From assembly GCA_038137215.1 (NCBI GenBank), contig JAYQBG010000001.1, positions 40,145 through 104,144 of the forward strand: a DNA stretch of 64,000 nucleotides, given 5' to 3'. Within the stretch, counting starts at the first letter, position 1; each line of letters begins with the position of its first letter. Positions 59,691-64,000 of the stretch are shown here, piece after piece. The stretch is from Alphaproteobacteria bacterium (GTDB lineage: Bacteria > Pseudomonadota > Alphaproteobacteria > UBA6615). A model generated the notes under the pieces. It did not search any database, had not been told where the DNA came from, and saw only the letters and a list, made by a program, of their open reading frames with translations. A program made the position numbers and the translations under genes.

Positions 59691-60598
59691 CCCTTCGACA
59701 ATGCCGCATCGGACGAACGCGTGGTCGTCGAACAAACCCACCAGTTCGGCTGGCGTTGGCCGAGCGCACGCGCGGCCTGATTGCAGGCCACCGCGGTTTC
59801 AAAAACGGCAAAACAGGTCGGCCCGCTGCCGCTCATCCGGGCCAGACGACAGTCCGGCAGCCCGGCAAGGTCCGACAGCACCTCGCCGATGACCGGGCAC
59901 AGGCCGACCGCCGGTGCGGTGAGGTCGTTACGGGCCTGCGTCAGCCCCTCCGGGTAACCGGGCCAGGCGGGCGCGGCTGCGGTCTGATCATGCAAAGACA
60001 CCGTTCCGGATTCCTGTGCCCAGGCACGGAACACCGATGCGGTCGACAACGGCTGGTTCGGATTGACCAGAAGCAGGTTCAGTTGTGCCACGTCGGAAAC
60101 GGGTTCAACCACATCGCCGATCCCACGTATCACGGCTGCTTTCGCCGCAAGACAAACCAGCACATCCGCCCCCAGGCCTGCCGCGATATCGATGACCTCG
60201 GGATTGTTGACATCGATGGACCAGAGACGTGCCAAAGCCCGCAGAACGGCAGCGGCATCGGCCGAGCCACCCCCCACGCCGGCCGCGACGGGAATACTTT
60301 TCTCGAGCGAAACACGAAACGATGTGTCACGCCCAAATCGTTCGGCCATCTGCCTTGCAGCGTGCATGCAGAGATCGTCTTCGGGATTTTCGGGCAGCAG
60401 GGTCGCGAACGGCCCCGTCCGCAACACGTTCAACGCCGGCGCGGGGGACAGACGAACCCAGTCCCCGAATTCCGTGAACACCACCAGGCTTTCGAGATCG
60501 TGATAGCCGTCGTCGCGCCGGTGGTTCACATGCAGGTACAGATTAATTTTTGCCGGTGCCTGCTCGACTATTTCAGGGCGATCATCCGCATCCATCAT
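59687..60598 (-). CDS. ispE: 4-diphosphocytidyl-2-C-methyl-D-erythritol kinase
   Basis: PAKINLYLHV, GHMP kinase motif PVAAGVGGGSADAAAVL. Confidence 0.9.
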   Translation of the reverse strand: MMDADDRPEIVEQAPAKINLYLHVNHRRDDGYHDLESLVVFTEFGDWVRLSPAPALNVLRTGPFATLLPENPEDDLCMHAARQMAERFGRDTSFRVSLEKSIPVAAGVGGGSADAAAVLRALARLWSIDVNNPEVIDIAAGLGADVLVCLAAKAAVIRGIGDVVEPVSDVAQLNLLLVNPNQPLSTASVFRAWAQESGTVSLHDQTAAAPAWPGYPEGLTQARNDLTAPAVGLCPVIGEVLSDLAGLPDCRLARMSGSGPTCFAVFETAVACNQAARALGQRQPNWWVCSTTTRSSDAALSKG

Positions 60599-60612
60599 AC
60601 CGGGCCCGGGAA

Positions 60613-62376
60613 TCAGATATCGCGGTTTTTGCCGGGGGGAAGTGGTTCGGGCACCTTCTGACCATCGAGTTTGAGACGGATATCGGCCTCAACCTCTGCG
60701 TCCGGTTCCAGGGACAGCGCACGCAGCCACTGATAGCGCGCCTCAAGCTTGCGGCCGACCAGCCAGTACGCATCTCCGAGGTGATCGTTGATCACCGGGT
60801 CGCCGGGTTCAAGGGTCACCGCCCGTTCGAGATGCACAACCGCACCTTCATAGTCCCCCAATCGAAACAGGACCCAGCCGAGCGAGTCCGTGATGAAGCC
60901 ATCCTGCGGGCGCTTGGAGACAGCGGTCTCGATCATGGCTTTTGCACGTTCGAGTTCCACTCCCTGCTCCACCCAGCTATACCCGAGATAGTTCAGCACA
61001 AGCGGCTGATCGGGTTCGAGTGCAAGGGCAGCCAGAAAATCCGCCTCGGCCCGCTCCCATTGTTCAGCGCGCTCCAGCGCGATACCACGTGTGTAGTGAA
61101 GCCGCCAATCAGCCTCACCGTCCTCCCGTGCAAACGCTTCGCCATAGGCTTCGATGGCCTCCTCGAACTGCTTCTCGATACGAAACAGATCCGCAAGGGT
61201 TCGCATCACATCCGACCGCTCCTGCCGCTCATCGGCCATGGCCTGGAGAATCCCGACAGCCTCGTCGATCTTCTCCTGACCGTGCAGCGCATCGGCGATG
61301 CTCAGACGCGCGTACCAGCTATAGGGCGTATCGGACCCGATCTGCCGATAGACATTGATGGCCAGATCCTCGCGCGCGCGTTCCGACAACAACTGCCCGA
61401 GAGAGAACAGCGCGGTCGGATTGTCGGACTCGAGCCCCAGAGCGAGCCGGACAAACATCAGTGCTTCGGTGCGCAACCGCTCACGGTTCAACAATCCCGA
61501 GATATTGCGAAAGACCTCGGCTGCCCCTTGCAGGGCATTTGCGATGACCCGGTCAGGGTCAAGGTCACCGGCGACTACCTGTTGGGTCGGCTCGATCAGG
61601 AGCGTTTCGGGATTCTGATCGACAAACTGCTGGACCAGAAGCCGGGCTTCATCGGTCTCTCCCTTGCGGATCAGAAACCGGGTGAAGGATTCGACAAGCT
61701 GGAGAGAGGGCCGCGCACCGGAACTCTCAAGGGCAGATCGAAAGGCCACTTCTGCACGTCCGATATCACCGCCAATATCTGCAATCAGTGCCTGATGCAG
61801 CTTCGCAATGGGCGCCAATCCGGGCTGCCCCGCAAGGTCCTCCAGCCCGAGGATCGCCTCGTCGGTCCTGTCCTGTCCGGCCAGTGCCCATGACTTAAGC
61901 AACGGAACCAGAATGCCGTTCACGCCACCGGAGGTAATTTTATCGGTCAGTTCCGCAGCTTCGCCGAACCGGCCGTCCCGCATTCCATCGACGTAGAGCG
62001 TATAAATCGCAAGCGGGTCGCCGGGATTGCTTTCAACCACTCCGCTGGCGAGTTTCGTTGCTTTCTCCAGACGCCCGGCGCTGACCATCAACAAATGCGC
62101 GCGCCGACGGACATTCACGGAATCCGGAACATCGCTGATAATCTGCGCCGTCAGATCGGCTGCCGAAACAAGGTCCCCGGCAATCTCGGCATGACGTGCG
62201 GCCAGAAACACCCCTGCGGTTGTTGAACCGAGTTCCAGTGGCGCGCCCATGATATCGATCTGCAAGCCAGGTGCGCCTTCCTCGGCGGTCGCCGCAGCCA
62301 GCACCGACGATCCCGCCGTCACAGCGACGGCCGTGCCGAGAATCAGGGCACGTCCGAGTTGGTAAACACTATCCAT
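60613..62376 (-). CDS. tetratricopeptide-repeat protein with signal peptide
   Basis: 587 aa; multiple TPR-like helical repeats; conserved upstream neighbour of ispE in Alphaproteobacteria. Confidence 0.75.
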   Translation of the reverse strand: MDSVYQLGRALILGTAVAVTAGSSVLAAATAEEGAPGLQIDIMGAPLELGSTTAGVFLAARHAEIAGDLVSAADLTAQIISDVPDSVNVRRRAHLLMVSAGRLEKATKLASGVVESNPGDPLAIYTLYVDGMRDGRFGEAAELTDKITSGGVNGILVPLLKSWALAGQDRTDEAILGLEDLAGQPGLAPIAKLHQALIADIGGDIGRAEVAFRSALESSGARPSLQLVESFTRFLIRKGETDEARLLVQQFVDQNPETLLIEPTQQVVAGDLDPDRVIANALQGAAEVFRNISGLLNRERLRTEALMFVRLALGLESDNPTALFSLGQLLSERAREDLAINVYRQIGSDTPYSWYARLSIADALHGQEKIDEAVGILQAMADERQERSDVMRTLADLFRIEKQFEEAIEAYGEAFAREDGEADWRLHYTRGIALERAEQWERAEADFLAALALEPDQPLVLNYLGYSWVEQGVELERAKAMIETAVSKRPQDGFITDSLGWVLFRLGDYEGAVVHLERAVTLEPGDPVINDHLGDAYWLVGRKLEARYQWLRALSLEPDAEVEADIRLKLDGQKVPEPLPPGKNRDI

Positions 62377-62481
62377 AGGTCTGACTCATCCACGTCCGGT
62401 TCAATGCGACCAATCTAGCGGGCCGACACCGGCACCGCTATCACACGTTGTTGTGACGCATCATCGCGCGCGCCGTCGCAT

Positions 62482-64000
62482 TTACATATTGGGATAGTTC
62501 GGTCCGCCGCCACCTTCCGGAGCCACCCAGACGATATTTTGGGTCGGGTCCTTGATGTCGCAGGTCTTGCAGTGCACGCAATTCTGCGCGTTGATCTGAA
62601 GCCGGGGATTCGAGCCGTCATCGTCGCGCACGATTTCATACACCTGTGCCGGACAATAACGCTGCTCGGGCGCATCGTAGAGTTCGAGATTGACCGCGAT
62701 CGGAACAGTCGGGTCCTTGAGGGTGAGATGCGGCGGCTGGTTCTCTTCGTGATAGGTGTTGGAGATATAAACAGATGAGAGCCTGTCGAAGGTGATCTCA
62801 CCATCCGGCTTCGGGTAGTCGATCGGTTTTTGCTGTTCTTTCGACTCCAGCACTTCGTGATCCGCATGGCCATGCCGGAGCGTCCAGGGTGCCCGGCCGC
62901 GCAGCAGGACCTGATCGATCCCGGACAGCAGCGTGCCCAGCTTCAGACCGAACTTGAAGGACGGACGGAAGTTCCGTGCCGACCAGAGTTCGCGGTAAGC
63001 CCATGAGTCGCGGAACGCTGAGACAAAGCCGTCAAGAAGCGCTGTCGGCGGTTCATCGTCAGCCTGTGCGATCGCCGCAGCGGCCGCTTCGGCAGCCAGC
63101 ATGCCGGACTTCATCGCCATATGGGTGCCCTTGATCTTCGGGACATTCAGGGTTCCGGCCTCACACCCGATCAGCACACCGCCGGGAAACACCAATCGGG
63201 GAAGCGATTGCACGCCGCCCTCGTTCAGGGCCCGGGCGCCGTAGGAAATGCGCTTGCCGCCCTCGAAGGTCGGGCGAATTTCCGGATGGGTCTTGAAGCG
63301 TTGAAACTCATCGAAGGGCGAAAGATACGGGTTCTTGTAGTCGAGGCCGACCACGTAACCCACCGCCACCTGATTGTCCTCGAGGTGATAGAGGAACGAT
63401 CCGCCATACGTACCGGAATCCAGCGGCCAGCCTGCCGTGTGGACGACAAGACCCAGTTTGTGCTGTTCCGGCGCAACCTGCCAGAGTTCCTTGATGCCGA
63501 TACCGTAGGTCTGATCCTCGCAGTCGTTGCGCAGATCGAACCGGTCCATCAGCTGACGCCCAAGTTGCCCGCGGCAGCCTTCCGCAAAGAAGGTATAGGC
63601 CGCGTGCAATTCGATCCCCGGCGTGTGATTTGCTGTCGGCGTGCCATCGGCGCCGATTCCCATATCGCCCGTGGCCACCCCCCTCACGCGGCCTGCATCG
63701 TCGAACAACACCTCGGCTGCAGCAAACCCGGGATAGATTTCAACGCCCAGCGCCTCTGCCTGCTCGCCAAGCCAACGGCAGAGATTGCCGAGCGAAATAA
63801 TGTAGTTGCCGTGGTTCTTGAGTGTCGGCGGCAGGATGCACGTGGGCACCGAAGTTGCGCCATTTTCTTTCAGAAACAGAAATTTCTCATCACTGACCGC
63901 GGTCGTCACCGGCGCGCCCATCTCGCGCCAGTCGGCGAGCAATTCATCAAGGGCGCGGGTCTCGAGAACGGCGCCGGAGAGAATGTGAGCCCCGACTTCC
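62482..64000 (-). CDS. electron-transfer flavoprotein:ubiquinone oxidoreductase (5' end outside window)
   Basis: C-terminal 4Fe-4S CPAQVYEI ... CVHCKTCDIKDP; frame stays open to the window edge (EVGAHILSGAVLETRALDELLADW precedes the annotated Met). Confidence 0.9.
   Translation of the reverse strand, partial: EVGAHILSGAVLETRALDELLADWREMGAPVTTAVSDEKFLFLKENGATSVPTCILPPTLKNHGNYIISLGNLCRWLGEQAEALGVEIYPGFAAAEVLFDDAGRVRGVATGDMGIGADGTPTANHTPGIELHAAYTFFAEGCRGQLGRQLMDRFDLRNDCEDQTYGIGIKELWQVAPEQHKLGLVVHTAGWPLDSGTYGGSFLYHLEDNQVAVGYVVGLDYKNPYLSPFDEFQRFKTHPEIRPTFEGGKRISYGARALNEGGVQSLPRLVFPGGVLIGCEAGTLNVPKIKGTHMAMKSGMLAAEAAAAAIAQADDEPPTALLDGFVSAFRDSWAYRELWSARNFRPSFKFGLKLGTLLSGIDQVLLRGRAPWTLRHGHADHEVLESKEQQKPIDYPKPDGEITFDRLSSVYISNTYHEENQPPHLTLKDPTVPIAVNLELYDAPEQRYCPAQVYEIVRDDDGSNPRLQINAQNCVHCKTCDIKDPTQNIVWVAPEGGGGPNYPNM

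Noticed and set aside
60550-61893. 447-aa plus ORF antisense to the TPR gene
   Set aside because: TPR repeat periodicity and signal peptide are on the minus strand.
62415-62873. 152-aa minus ORF bridging TPR and ETF-QO genes
   Set aside because: Out of frame with ETF-QO C-terminus, Arg/Ser-rich, no RBS.

Overview
Annotation of a 64 kb high-GC chromosomal window, read by eye from the six-frame ORF track and the raw sequence, that looks alphaproteobacterial, is densely coding (about 65 genes, very short intergenic spacers) and has no transposase, integrase, phage gene or CRISPR array. Gene order points to Alphaproteobacteria: uvrC-pgsA-mobB-moeA-moaD-moaE, prs-rplY-pth-ychF, lgt-MidA methyltransferase-pgeF, ybjN-proC, petABC, and OmpR/EnvZ-like and MoxR-DUF58-DUF4159 clusters. 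One tRNA-Gln(TTG) is present. Gene content is housekeeping and metabolism: DNA repair (uvrB, uvrC), molybdopterin synthesis, the cytochrome bc1 operon, hemF, ispE, gmd, hldD, two aminotransferases, dps and a fused indolepyruvate:ferredoxin oxidoreductase cut by the window start. I found no previously undescribed multi-gene system, and in particular no defence island. The most notable observation is a scatter of gene-disrupting lesions, all G:C to A:T transitions or homopolymer indels, that split otherwise well-conserved genes: an MscS channel (frameshift plus TGA at a conserved Trp), a chalcone-isomerase-like protein (in-frame TAG), a secreted paralog (TGA inside the signal peptide), a peptidoglycan-binding-domain protein (frameshift) and a CsaA-like tRNA-binding protein (start codon reads ATA). 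Also notable are an MsrA homolog whose catalytic GCFWG motif reads GRFWY, a translationally linked GCS2 carboxylate-amine ligase / N-formylglutamate-amidohydrolase pair near a transglutaminase-like gene, a near-consensus Irr iron-control-element palindrome upstream of dps, several candidate operators and terminators, and an unannotated 44-codon membrane-peptide ORF upstream of uvrB. Product calls rest on recalled family motifs and conserved synteny; no database search was possible.
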